The notes under the pieces: generated by a model
The model's database searches: none
Told to the model about the DNA's origin: nothing
Seen by the model: the letters and a program-made list of their open reading frames with translations, nothing else
Translations under genes and position numbers: made by a program
Shown: in pieces, positions 1 to 11,533 of the stretch
Layout: each line of letters begins with the position of its first letter
Numbering within the stretch: the first letter of the stretch is position 1
From: Octopus vulgaris
Taxonomy: Eukaryota
DNA: 64,000 nucleotides
Assembly: GCA_951406725.2 (NCBI GenBank)
Contig: OX597828.1
Location: 32,674,001 to 32,738,000 of the forward strand
Direction of reading: 5' to 3'

Positions 1-59
1 TGACGACGACGATAATGATGATGATGACAATGATGGGGATGATGAGGAGGAGGAGGTTG

Positions 60-675
60 ATACCACACACTTGGATAATAAAAAAAAAGGAATTGAAATA
101 CATGGAGTAGCAGAGAATACGAGAATTCTTATGTGGGACAGCATGAAACGCTGGATAATGGAATAGACAGCGGGGAATCTTTGTGCTGGAAATACTCCAC
201 GTGAGTGAAGTACTGCAGAAAACAAAGCTGGGGTATGATCTGGGAAGAGGTAAGGGAAAATTAAACCACTTGCTATTCATGGACGACCTGAAGCTATTCA
301 CAAAAACTGAGGCAGAACTGGACAGCCTAGTCCAGTCTGTGAGGATTTATTCCAATAATTTTAAGATGGAGTTTGAACTCTCAAAGTGCACTGCGGTGGT
401 GATGAGACGAAGAAAGCTTACCAGGACAGAGATCATATGGTTCATAAAGACAATTCAACCTCAATCCAGCTATAAATACCAAGAACTACTTGATGCAGAT
501 AGAATCAAACACAATGACAGGAAGGAAAATACAAAATGAGAGGACCAGCGGCGTGTGAGAAAAATATTGGTATCCAAGCTAAATGCCAGAAACATAATTT
601 TAACCAGAATCTCGCGTGCAGTCACGTTATTTCGGTATGGCGCTGGAATCCTAAAGGTGCTGACGAGGCTCATTT
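60..675 (+). mobile_element. R4/Dong-like non-LTR retrotransposon RT fragment (decayed)
   Basis: ORF 183-539 contains LNHLLFMDDLKLF (RT catalytic motif), then FxLSKC and YKY(Q)ELL; frameshifts on both sides; follows a (GAT)n tract. Confidence 0.85.
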
Positions 676-2800
676 GGACGCAAAAAACAACTCTTAATCA
701 ATCGCATGATCCTTGAGAACTATCATGACAAACGAAGAAATCTCAGTCCTGCATAGATTGATTATAAAAATGCCTTTGACAGCATACTGCATTCATGGAT
801 CTTGACATCGCTGAATATCTTCAAAATCTCTTCTGTGATTTCAATCTTCCTGAAGCACAACATTTCGGTGTGTTATACCAATTTCCAATTATACCACTGA
901 TGGGGTGCTGCCCACAAAAAAATTAATATCAAGTGCAGTGACCCACTTTCACCTTTACTTTTTTGGATAGCCCTAATAGCCCTTACAAGTGAATTTAACA
1001 GGACAGGGTATGGGTATAAAACTTGCGACAAGAATATAATTCGTCTATTTTATTTGGATAACCTAAAACTCTATGGCAAAGACGCTAATGAGCTTGAAGG
1101 ACTACTACGTACTGTGAAAGCATTAAGTGATGACAAAGGGATGGAATTTGGTCTTGATAAGTGTGCCAAAGCCGCGTTCCACGAAGGGGCGTTGAAGACC
1201 TCACATTCAATGGTGTTAGATGGTGACACAGTAATAAAAGATCTCAAGCCGGAACAAATAAATACATCGGAGTCATTGAGGGATCTGGCATTCGACATGC
1301 AAGTATGAAAGAGACGATCAGGAAGGAATGTTACATGAGAGTTAGAGCAGTCCTAAAATCCGAGTTACATGCACGTAACATGGTGTTAGCTATACATTCC
1401 TTAGCAGTTCCTGTTGTTATTTACACTTTCAATACTGGCATATGGCCGAAATAAGGACGATTGACAAGAAAATATGTAAGCTGCTCACTTGCAATAAGAT
1501 ACACAAAGCCAGATGCAGATCGTCTTTACCTACCCAGAGCTCAAGGAGGTCGAGTCTTGATCCAATTTGTAATCTCTAATAAAATTCACCACAATCGGAG
1601 TGGCAAAATATCTTGAAACATAGAATCACTGGATGCGAAAACTCGTTGAAATCTACGAGAAACATAAGAAGTTTTATTCTGTCATGAAGGAGAGCAAATA
1701 ATTTCAAATGAGCTTATGCATAATACCAACCTGAACAACATGATGGAATAGCATGATGTAGGATGGTGAAATCAATAGCAAAGCGACATTCGTTTGGAAA
1801 ATTGACAGACAGGTGAGAACAAAATCCTCTGCATGACAAATATGTGGTCCGTAGCAAACGAGCTGATGCAGACCAGAAGCACACGCATCAGTGGCTTCAA
1901 ATCTCAATGCTGAAAGCTGAGTATGAAGGTTTTCTCTCGGATACACAAGATCAGAGCTTATTGACCCGGAACTATCAAGCCAATTTGATGAAAAATAGAG
2001 TAGACACAATGTGCCGTTTTTGCAATGATGTGATCGAAACAGCAGACCACCTAATCTCTGATTGTAAGGTTTTAGCACCTATAGAGTACAAATATAGACA
2101 TGACAGATTCGGTCAATACTTATGGTGGATAATGTGTCGGCATTATAAAAATCAAAGATGCTAACAGACGGTAGAAGCACCGCCCTGATGCTGCGGGAGA
2201 AAATTTAACGATTCTTTGGGACTTTCCAGTATGTACAGACCGGACCATTAAAGCAAATAAACCAGATATCGTTGTGAAAGACCAAAAGAATAAAGTATGT
2301 TTGTTAATTAACATCAGCACATCATGTGACCATAACATCACGACGAAAGAATTTAATAAGCTCAGAAAATATAAAGATTTGCTAATCCAAATCGAAAAGA
2401 TGTGGCGTCTCGGAACGGCTACAATACTTGTGATTACAGGAGCACTTGGACTAATTAAAAATGGAACTGAAAATTATTTAAGCCTGATCCATGGTTTACC
2501 ATCCATACAGGAAGTGCACAAGATTGTCTTAACTGTTACGTCAAACGTACTGAGAAGAGCCTTGTCGCCGAGGATTTTCTTTCTTTTTTCCCCTTTTATT
2601 TTCTTTGTCTGCCATTTTTACTTTTTAATAATTTCTTTTTTCCCTCTTTCTTCCCCCTTTTTTTATCACATGACTTTATAAATGAACAATCTAGTGTGTT
2701 TATTTTAATGTGCTACCGATTTGAACAGTGCGTTTCTCTGCCCTAGGTGACAGGAAGAACTTGGCAAGAAATGGAAACAGAATTGAAAGAAATTGATAAT
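676..2800 (+). mobile_element. 5'-truncated R4/Dong-like non-LTR retrotransposon (RT + CCHC knuckle + restriction-like endonuclease), pseudogenised
   Basis: Across frames: IDYKNAFDSILHSWI, GDPLSPLLF, LDNLKLY/MEFGLDKCA, CRFCNDVIETADHLISDC..YKYRHD, PDIVVKD..KEFNKLRKYKDL, ending VLRRALS; 3' UTR runs into a microsatellite. Confidence 0.9.
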
Positions 2801-2805
2801 AACGA

Positions 2806-2854
2806 GAAGAAGAAGTAGAAGAAGAAGAAGAAGAAGAAGAAGAAGAAGAAGAAG

Positions 2855-2891
<37 letters not shown>

Positions 2892-3083
2892 GCAACAAAA
2901 ACAACAACAAAAACAACAATAACAACAACGACAACAGCAACAGCAAGAAGAATGAGGAGGAGGGGGAGGAGAAGAAGAAGAAGAAGAAGAAGAAGAAGAA
3001 GAAGAAGAAGAAGAAGAAGAAGAAGAAGAAGAAGAAGAAGAAGAAGAAGAAGAAGAAGAAGAAGAAGAAGAAGAAGAAGAAGA
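2806..3083. repeat. compound microsatellite (AAG)n/(AAC)n
   Basis: directly visible. Confidence 0.95.
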
Positions 3084-4114
3084 ATTGTGTTAAACGTACC
3101 TGTATCATAGTAAACTGTTTCTCAGCCAAGTATACATTATATTAATGCTTTGCTGGAAACTGTGTGCCACGAGAGATCAAGAGACAGTCTGGTATCAAAT
3201 GAACTATTCTTATCAACATATAATGAGCATATGATATCTAAATCACGCTATTTAACAATAAAATCGTGGTAGGAACGTTAAGCTTACATAGCTTAATTAA
3301 GGAAGCTGGGATTTCAATTCAGCTTCAACGTTTGGAACTCGATAGAGAGTTCGAGAGAACAGTCATTGTCAGCTTCCCTAATTAATTTTCCAAGCTGTCA
3401 CCTGACACGGACTTAAAACGCGTGCATTTTAATCTTGCTTATCATATGAAACGATGAGGTTCATCAAATGTGCTGAGCTATACAATATTCGAAAGAATTT
3501 ATCAAATATCCTTTCCTTTGAAAGCTTGTGCATGAATAAGATTAACTTCTGTTTGACAAAATAGAAAATCAACGGCATTGCAGGATGATGAATCACAAAT
3601 TCATGTGTAGAACTCAACAATGTCAGAAATCCACTGTAAACCCATTGCATTGATTTTTAGACACTTGTGCAGCGTTGAAAAATAAGAGGTAATGAGGGTG
3701 CTGTATGTTTCTTTTCTTCTCTAAGTTTACTATCATTAGATAAACTCCGTGAAAAAAGATAAAAGTCACCTTGTATTTAGTATTCTCCATAGATGAGAGG
3801 ATAATGTTTAGCCCCCTAATTATATCGTCCCAAGAACCTTTATGATCCACTGCATTCAAGTGGCGAACACCCATTCTTCACAGGATTATTGTGCTAGGTT
3901 CCTTATTATCTCGAAAGCCATTTTTCTTATACTGGTAGAATGTAGTTCGAGATGTTCTCGCTACTGATATTTCTAACAGGTTTAAAGGTTACGTTGACAT
4001 CTTTCTTCAGCTTGTAAAATATTTATTATGTTATGTCGAAAGAATTGCTCCAAATACATTGGCGGTGTCATTGGGGAGGAAATGACTACAAAATAAATCC
4101 CAAATTAAAGTGGT

Positions 4115-4151
<37 letters not shown>

Positions 4152-4206
4152 ATGAGACTGTACATTTACATAAATAATTACATATGTCTCAATCTCTCTC
4201 TGTCTC

Positions 4207-4249
<43 letters not shown>

Positions 4250-4252
4250 TAC

Positions 4253-4380
4253 TGATGTTGGTGTGTTTACGTCTCCGTAACTTAGCGCTTCATTTCGTTC
4301 GATTGAAATTCCTCAATGCAAGGCAACAGTATGGCCACAGTCTAAGTATTGAAACAAGAACAAGATAAAAGAAAAAACAA
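4253..4380 (+). mobile_element. SINE 3' fragment (family A)
   Basis: matches the 3' half of the SINE at 5442-5880 (gatgttggtgtgtttacgtctccgtaacttag...gaaacaag). Confidence 0.6.
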
Positions 4381-4451
4381 AAGAGATGTATGGATGGCAT
4401 TACATTCAAGGTTTCAGTTTTCTTTATTGCCAATATTATTGGATTCTATAG

Positions 4452-4722
4452 GGCAGTCAGCTGACAAAATCGTTAGTATGCCAAGCAAAATGTTTAGCGA
4501 ACTTTCGTTTGTGTTCATTCATTTGTGTTCATTCATTTGTCTTCATTCTTCGTTTGTCTTCATTCATTCGTTTGTCTTCATTCATTAGTTAGTCTTCATT
4601 CATTCGTTTCTCTTCATTCTTCACATTCTGAGTTCAAATTTCGCTTTTCTTCCTTTCGGAGTTTATGTACGTAATCTACGTCCCCAAAATTGCTGGATTT
4701 GTCCCAGAATTTGAAACCAATA
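4452..4722 (+). mobile_element. SINE (family B) with internal ~18-bp minisatellite expansion
   Basis: aligns by eye to 15149-15350 (aaaatg.ttag, ttctgagttcaaatt); (ttcattcattcgtttgtc)n at 4504-4622. Confidence 0.65.
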
Positions 4723-5441
4723 ACCAAATTATTCCAACTAACATCTACGAACCGTTCACTGACTTCATTCCGCACTATTTGATAATCAACATACAAATAC
4801 TTTTAAAATGTTGTCAAACATTTCAGTTATATTTTTTACGGTTCCTTAATGATTATAAAAAAGTCTATAAAAAAAATCTAAAACAAACGCAAAACTCAAG
4901 AAACCTAACCATATAATGTACACAGTTTCTTTAAAAATTAGTGGTGTATCAGAATTACTTAGAAAACATCAAATAAATGGAAATAACTAAGAATTGGATA
5001 TTAAATTCCCAATGCGTCACATAAGTAGAGTCATGATTTTTGAAAACAATTAATTAATTTAATTTGAAATTATTCATAAGGGAAATTTTTCGTCACACCA
5101 AATTAAATTTCTTTCATATTACAAACACTCGTCTCCCGAAAACAAAATAGTTTTGTTTTTATTTTAGCTTTGATGGATTCCGTGCAATGCATAATAGCAA
5201 GAAACAATTAAACTCGAACCACCGATTCTCTACGCGTCTCATCGATCGCTGGAAATAGCAGTCAAATAAAACATCTACAATAACATTCCGGCTATAACAG
5301 AAAGGATATATTTTGTAATGTAGCCCTAAGGAAATCTAATTAAACAGGAAAGCATATCAGCAAATCTTTTGATTATAGTTTAGATAGGTCACAGTTTTCT
5401 CATGGGCAAACAATATACATAAAGAAGTATGCATCAATGCA

Positions 5442-5880
5442 TATAGGCGCAGGAGTGGCTGTAATAGGCGCAGGAGTGGCTGTGTGGTAAGTAGTTTGTT
5501 TACCAACCACATGGTTCTGGGTTCAGTCCCACTGCGTGGCACCTTGGGCAAGTGTCTTCTACTATAGCCTCGGGCCGACCAAAGCCTTGTGAGTGGATTT
5601 GGTAGATGGAAACTGAAAGAAGCCCGTCGTATATATATATATTTATATGTGTTTGTGTGTATGTTTGTGTGTCTGTATTTGTCCCCCTAGAATTGTTTGA
5701 CAACCGATGCTGGTGAGTTTATGTCTCCGTAACTTAGTGGTTCGGCAAAAAGAGACCGATAGAATATGTACTGGGCTTACAAAGAATAAGTCCCGGGTTC
5801 GAGTTGCTCGATTAAAGGCGGTGCTCCAGCATGGCCGCAGTCAAATGACTGAAACAAGTAAAAGAGTAAAAGAGAGAGAG
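5442..5880 (+). mobile_element. full-length tRNA-derived SINE (family A)
   Basis: A box tggctgtgtgg, B box ggttcagtccc, ccttgggcaagtgtctt core, internal (TA)/(TG) tract, (gtaaaaga)n tail; 20-bp head duplicated; multiple copies in window. Confidence 0.9.
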
Positions 5881-6784
5881 TATATAAATCCCGAATAAGA
5901 ATTTTGTGAAAGCAATTTTTTAGATTGTCGGTATCTAGATGTATTTTGCAAGAAATCACAATGGGGATCGAGGAACGGAAAAAGAAGGGGAAAGTAGTAC
6001 TCGACAAAACCATTTGTAGAATTTAACTTTCCATATTTGTGTTCCGATTTTTCCTTCCATCCCTTATGAACTATAAAATAATTACCAAACAAATATTGAA
6101 GTAGATTTAATCTGCTAACCCACGCCTCCAGAATTTGCAATCGTGTGACGATGTTCAAAATCATTATAGAAAAATCGACTTTCTTAATACGTGTTGTTAT
6201 TGTTATCAGTAGAGTATAATAATACAACATGTCCTGCTGTGATGTTATAACATATATTGATCGAGCATAGATAGATGTTTTCCTGTTGACTACTCGAAAT
6301 AATGCCATGACTGATCTTTCCTCATTTGTTATTTGTGATGTTTGATATCCTCGTGTACCACATATATGATACATGAGACATTCCAGACATGCCCGTGCTG
6401 TCATGATCGGTTTATTTATTAACGCATGCTTTGTTGAAACGGTTTAAAGGAAATTTAGTTGGTAGCATATTCAAATATATTATTTTACCACAAAGAAAAA
6501 TATTTGGTAGTATAGGCCAGAGATGTTGACGTGAATATCGGAGCAGTTTTGCATACTGTAATTTTTTTATGAACAACCAGACAATCTCCAAGAGAGTAAC
6601 GAATATAAAGTTTTAGAACGTCGTACTGTAAATTCGCAGAATCGCATATACTGCCTTCCGTAAAATATATTGCGAAGTTGTCTTTATTTTTATATTTTAC
6701 GTCACTCACTTTGAGGGAATTAATATATTGTAAAAGGAAATTGAGAGATAGAAAATATACAGAAAGATTCCGTATCTCAACGTA

Positions 6785-6966
<182 letters not shown>

Positions 6967-7032
6967 CACATATATTAATGTGCACATTACGTAATTTACT
7001 TACGCATCTACACACCTCTTACAAAGATATCC

Positions 7033-7125
7033 ATAGGCGCAGGAGTGCCGGGTTAAGTCCCACTACGCGGCAAGTATCGGGTCGACCAAAGCCTTGTGAG
7101 TGGATTTGGTAGACGAAAGCTGAAC
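7033..7125 (+). mobile_element. deleted SINE family A head
   Basis: ataggcgcaggagtg...ccaaagccttgtgagtggatttggtagac. Confidence 0.75.
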
Positions 7126-7350
7126 GGAAAAATAGGATTTCTGCAGAGGAAGTGAGAACGGTACTGGAGGAGTATTTTTCGTCACGGAATAGTGAATTTT
7201 ATAAGTGAGAACTTGAAAATCTACCAGATAGCTGGAAGGGCATTGTAGAAAATAAAGTAGAGTATAATATAGATGAAGAAATAACTGTGTTTATCTTAAT
7301 TTTGAAAAATAAAATAATATAAAAAAAACATTATTTACGGGATGACCTTT
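7126..7350 (+). mobile_element. mariner transposon 3' end
   Basis: translates EEVRTVLEEYFSSRNSEFYK*ELENLPDSWKGIVENK (mariner C-terminus), followed by TIR-like ttatttacgggatgacc and TA. Confidence 0.7.
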
Positions 7351-7499
7351 TATATATATAAGATTTAATCAGAGGTCATGTTAGCCTCATGAAGGGATGA
7401 TGTTACCCAAGGAAATACTGGTTCAATACCTAATATTTTGGGGGCAATAGATTTCCTTAACGTAATAGGCTTGTATATGAACTGTACTTTGTATTCATG

Positions 7500-7712
7500 T
7501 AACAGAAAAAGTAGAAAATGGAGATTTTGATGTTATTATTATCAACAAATCATTCATTATCGCTTGCAGTTGTTTCATTTATGCAAGAATGAAATTAATT
7601 TAAACTTTCATTAATTTCACTATTTATAATTGAAACAGATGTAAGAACTAATGACGGATTTTTTGTTGCTAATATACTCTTATTATCTTCAAAATCTCCA
7701 TTTTCTACTCTT
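7500..7712. mobile_element. inverted pair of Penelope-type pseudo-LTR remnants
   Basis: perfect 21-bp inverted repeat 7510-7530/7689-7709 with further degenerate pairing inside (gttgtttca / tgaaacaga). Confidence 0.5.
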
Positions 7713-7725
7713 GTATATATATATC

Positions 7726-8090
7726 GACCAGAGGCTCATTAATCTTAAGGCACTTCCAATTATTCTTTGATTGCGACATTCTTCTTAGTTTTGTTGCAAA
7801 ACGCCTAACTACAAACTAAATCATGTTGCCATCGTTCCATCGACTTGGAGGCCGCCTGGTAGGCCTTTGTGATCTCTTGGATACATCTCGGCAACTGAAC
7901 GGGTCCATCTCTTGTCTCTGAAACTGATGATTTGTGTTGCCCAACGGAACTTTTTCTGTAATCATATCTTTCACTCCGTTCCCGAATTTTCCCATCTTGA
8001 ATGTCCCTAGTTTTGTTTATTTAGTAGTGTCAATAAACTCCAGTATTGCTTTAAGATGTTGATTTCATCATTCGGCAAATATAATTACTT
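7726..8090 (-). mobile_element. RTE-clade LINE 3' fragment
   Basis: minus strand reads KKFRWATQIISFRDKRWTRSVAEMYPRD, resembling the RTE C-terminal WAGH..R...RW....W.P motif. Confidence 0.65.
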
Positions 8091-9434
8091 GAAAGAAACT
8101 AAAGAAACTGCAATTTGTAACTGAAATTAGAACATAGAATTCTGTGTTCTTCACATTCAGTATTCTATCAATTTGTTCTGTATGATAAATGCAGAGGGAC
8201 TTGCTATATGGAAGCGTATTTGGAAAACCTAAGCCACAATATAATTGAACTTGAATGGTTTCTTCACAACGGTTTTATCTAATTACATACTCGGCGATAT
8301 GTGTTCATAGTAGTGGTATTTTAGCATTCGTGCCTGTCAATTTATTTTGTTGTTTTAATGTAAGTCTATTCGAATACGAAGTATTTTAAATTAGAGACTA
8401 ATGATTAAACCTAGATATTTCTGTACGTCAGGACACAATGTAATTTCGTTACTACCATTTAAGAAAAAATCAACTTGGATCTGTCTTCCTGTTTTCACTT
8501 ATTAAAAAAATTCAAGTAATATATAAAAATCTGTAAACAGCGAGAATAGGTCAGACAAATAGAAAATTCCATTATGTACAGTTACTTTGGCATTAATTTT
8601 AAAAAGTTCACGAGAAATGGAGGTCATAATTAGATTAGCAACTCTCCAGAAAAGGCTTCAATAATTTCATTTTTATGGTCTATTGGCTAAATTAAACTAA
8701 ATTAAATTATTGAATCAAGTAGGGAAACAGTCTTTTATCATATCAGACCAAAGAGAAAGGGTGACTGATCAGAGAGGAAGAATTTATGGAAGAATGAGTG
8801 AGTTTTATCACTTCTGAAGAGATGGCTTCTATACGTTTTAGATTCAATGTTAAAGTGATCGTATAGAATGAAATGTGTTCTAATACGATCATGTAGGAAG
8901 TGGGAAAAAAGAAAGAAAGCAAGAACGCCAACAGGCTTCTGTGACATATTAGCTACAGTATGGTAAATGGCAACATGGTATTTCAATGGCTGTTAATGTT
9001 GTTACTGTTTATGTCTCAGGTATTAACGCTGTCACGATCGCCCATGCTGACGCCGAATCGCACGCTGAATGTAATTTAACCAAAGGAATTCAGAATTGCA
9101 TTATCTTAATTATAGCAAAACCTATGACATTAGAATTTCCCTGTTTCATCTTCTCAACAGAAAAACATCAACTAAATTCGCTTGGAGAGAAATAAAATTG
9201 CTTATAAATCTCCAAGCATTTCTGAGTTTAAATCAGAGTCAAATCCAATATATACATTATTTCTACATGAGATTTTTCTTTATCTTCATTATATAATACT
9301 TAGCAATAACCGTTTTAATTTGGGATTATATATTTCACATTGTAGAATGATAATCTATTATTATGCAAGGGCAATTTATTATTTATGCAAAATTTGATGT
9401 TAAGGCTTTACACAAACGTCATGTAAGAAATAAA

Positions 9435-9949
9435 TCTATATATATAAAACTGTAGTTGTGTGAGTGTCTGTCCCCTTCGATTTAGATTCCTAACTACTCC
9501 CACATTTTGCGGTGCAGTTTAACCAAATTCGGGTAACTTATAGTCGTGATTCATATCGAGCCCGTCTGGGTATTAGCGCGCGTCTACGATGATGAGTCTA
9601 CGATTTTAAAAATAATTTAACATCATTTTTTTATTCCATGTTAATGCATATTTTTTCGTGTGTCGATGGCGGCGGAGTTGGCGTCCATGGTCACACCTGC
9701 ACCTGTGTTGCTTCTCCCCTTCTTCCCCCTCGTGAAGCTGTGGGGAAGGGAGTGTAAGGAAATCAACGTCGTAAAGCGTTGTCAAGGAGACCAGCGTTCT
9801 TTTAGAACAACGACTTCATGGCTTGAAGACACCAAAACAGAAATGGCTAAGAAAGTCCGAATTGGCATCTATAAGGGAAGTAACTCTCTAAAAATGCTTA
9901 TATAGTTATTTCCCTTACAAACCCGAGCAACGCCGGGCGATACTGCTAG
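9435..9949 (+). mobile_element. non-autonomous Helitron
   Basis: 5' TC(tatatatataaaa); subterminal GC hairpin cccgagcaacgccggg; 3' CTAG; inserted between A and T; no TSD. Confidence 0.85.
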
Positions 9950-10789
9950 TTACATATAAATCGGTAATACAAAGAACAGGATTTAAAAATGTGTGTACAA
10001 ACAACGGTGTGGAGAAAATAAATAAAAGCAAAAATTAAACCATGACTGAAGACATCTACGTTAGTGGGGACGTCAACCACTGAGAATCAGTTTGTAAATT
10101 CCATATCCTTTTCAAATCACCCACAATCTCTCTACTGGAACTAAAGGCACTTGCTACCATATTTTACGTAGAAATTGAAAAGTAAATTACCATATCTTCT
10201 AGATGATACTGCCTTTATATTTGATTGTATGCTGCTGTTGTTTTCACTGAAAGTTTATCATTGGATGTTTTGTATTTCAGCTCTAAACGATTTCCCATTA
10301 CCTCTGCCTCATACGAGTATTTTTTTTCTTTCATTTATAATATTCTCCTGTGTTCTTTGAAAGACCATGGAATTTGTTTCAGTTTGGGCTTCGAGTTTGC
10401 CCTCATCCACCTCACTCTTTCTACTTTACCATTTGCTGGAATTCCCCGTACTTGTTGGGGGCATTCTTACACATTTTTATAATTCCACCATCTCCGACAC
10501 GTTTCCAGCGGCTTGCTAATTTTGGAAACTGCAACACATGTGTGTCATGAAAGTGGTATCTGAAGTTCTTATGCTCCTTTGGACATACGTTTTCATTCAT
10601 ATCCCGACTTACTGTCAGCACCTGCGAGTTTATGCGGGTGATCAGAATGATCGCCAATAATTTTGGATGTTTTAAAATTTTATCTGAACTTCGACCTTAA
10701 CATTTTATCTGAACTTCGACCTTCGACATCTTTCAGTGTCGAAGATTGGAAGCTATCATAGATTTGTGATTGAGGAACGAGGCCTACAT

Positions 10790-10957
10790 ATTTGAGTGGT
10801 TTACGCAATACTTGTCTGGTACTTTATTTTACCAAACACGGAACGATGAAATGCAAACATGACCACAACAAAATTTGAAATCCGAATGCAAAAGGAGAAG
10901 ATAAATACAAGACACATTTCAGATGGTTTAACCATTCTGCCAATCCTACTTCATTAG
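10790..10957 (-). mobile_element. degenerate SINE family B (reverse)
   Basis: tggtactttattt...gatgaaa...aatttgaa..cgaatg, reverse complement of family B. Confidence 0.5.
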
Positions 10958-10959
10958 TA

Positions 10960-11533
10960 TTGGGATGTCCGGAAAGTTCGTGCCGATTTTTAAGTGATAG
11001 AAAAAGGTCAATAAATATTTGCCATTACCCAAGCTTTACCAGGTGCTCATGAACGACGGATTCTGATAAGTTGAGGCTTTCTGCCAATTCTTGGGTTGTG
11101 TAATGTGGGTTATTCTCAATTAATGACTTGATTTGGTCATCATCTGTAGTGGATGGTCTGCCTGATCGCTCTTTTTCATTAAGGCTACAATCTCCAGTTC
11201 GGGACCGTGCGAACCACTTCCGTACAGTTCTTTCGGATAAAGAAACAGCACCGCAAACTGCGTATATTTCTTTGTTTGCTTGTGAGGCATTTTTCCGTTA
11301 AGGGAAAAAGAAAAGCATCAAGTGCCCAAAATGAAGCTTCTTATCTTCCATTTTAAAGGATTACAGAATTAACACAGGTTATAGGAACATAAACCTTCTT
11401 CCACGAAAAGATATCTTAAACTGTGCTCTAAATGGAGATGTAGTCAAATCATATTTTATGGACTCAAACATGTTCTAAAATAAGTCGAAAGGTAAGCTAC
11501 TATAAATCGGCACGAACTTTCTAGACAACCCAA
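10960..11533 (-). mobile_element. internally deleted mariner element
   Basis: ~30-bp TIRs (ttgggatgtccggaaagttcgtgccgattt / aaatcggcacgaactttctagacaacccaa) flanked by TA; minus strand encodes MEDKKLHF..SERTVRKWFARSRTGD..RSGRP (HTH). Confidence 0.9.
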
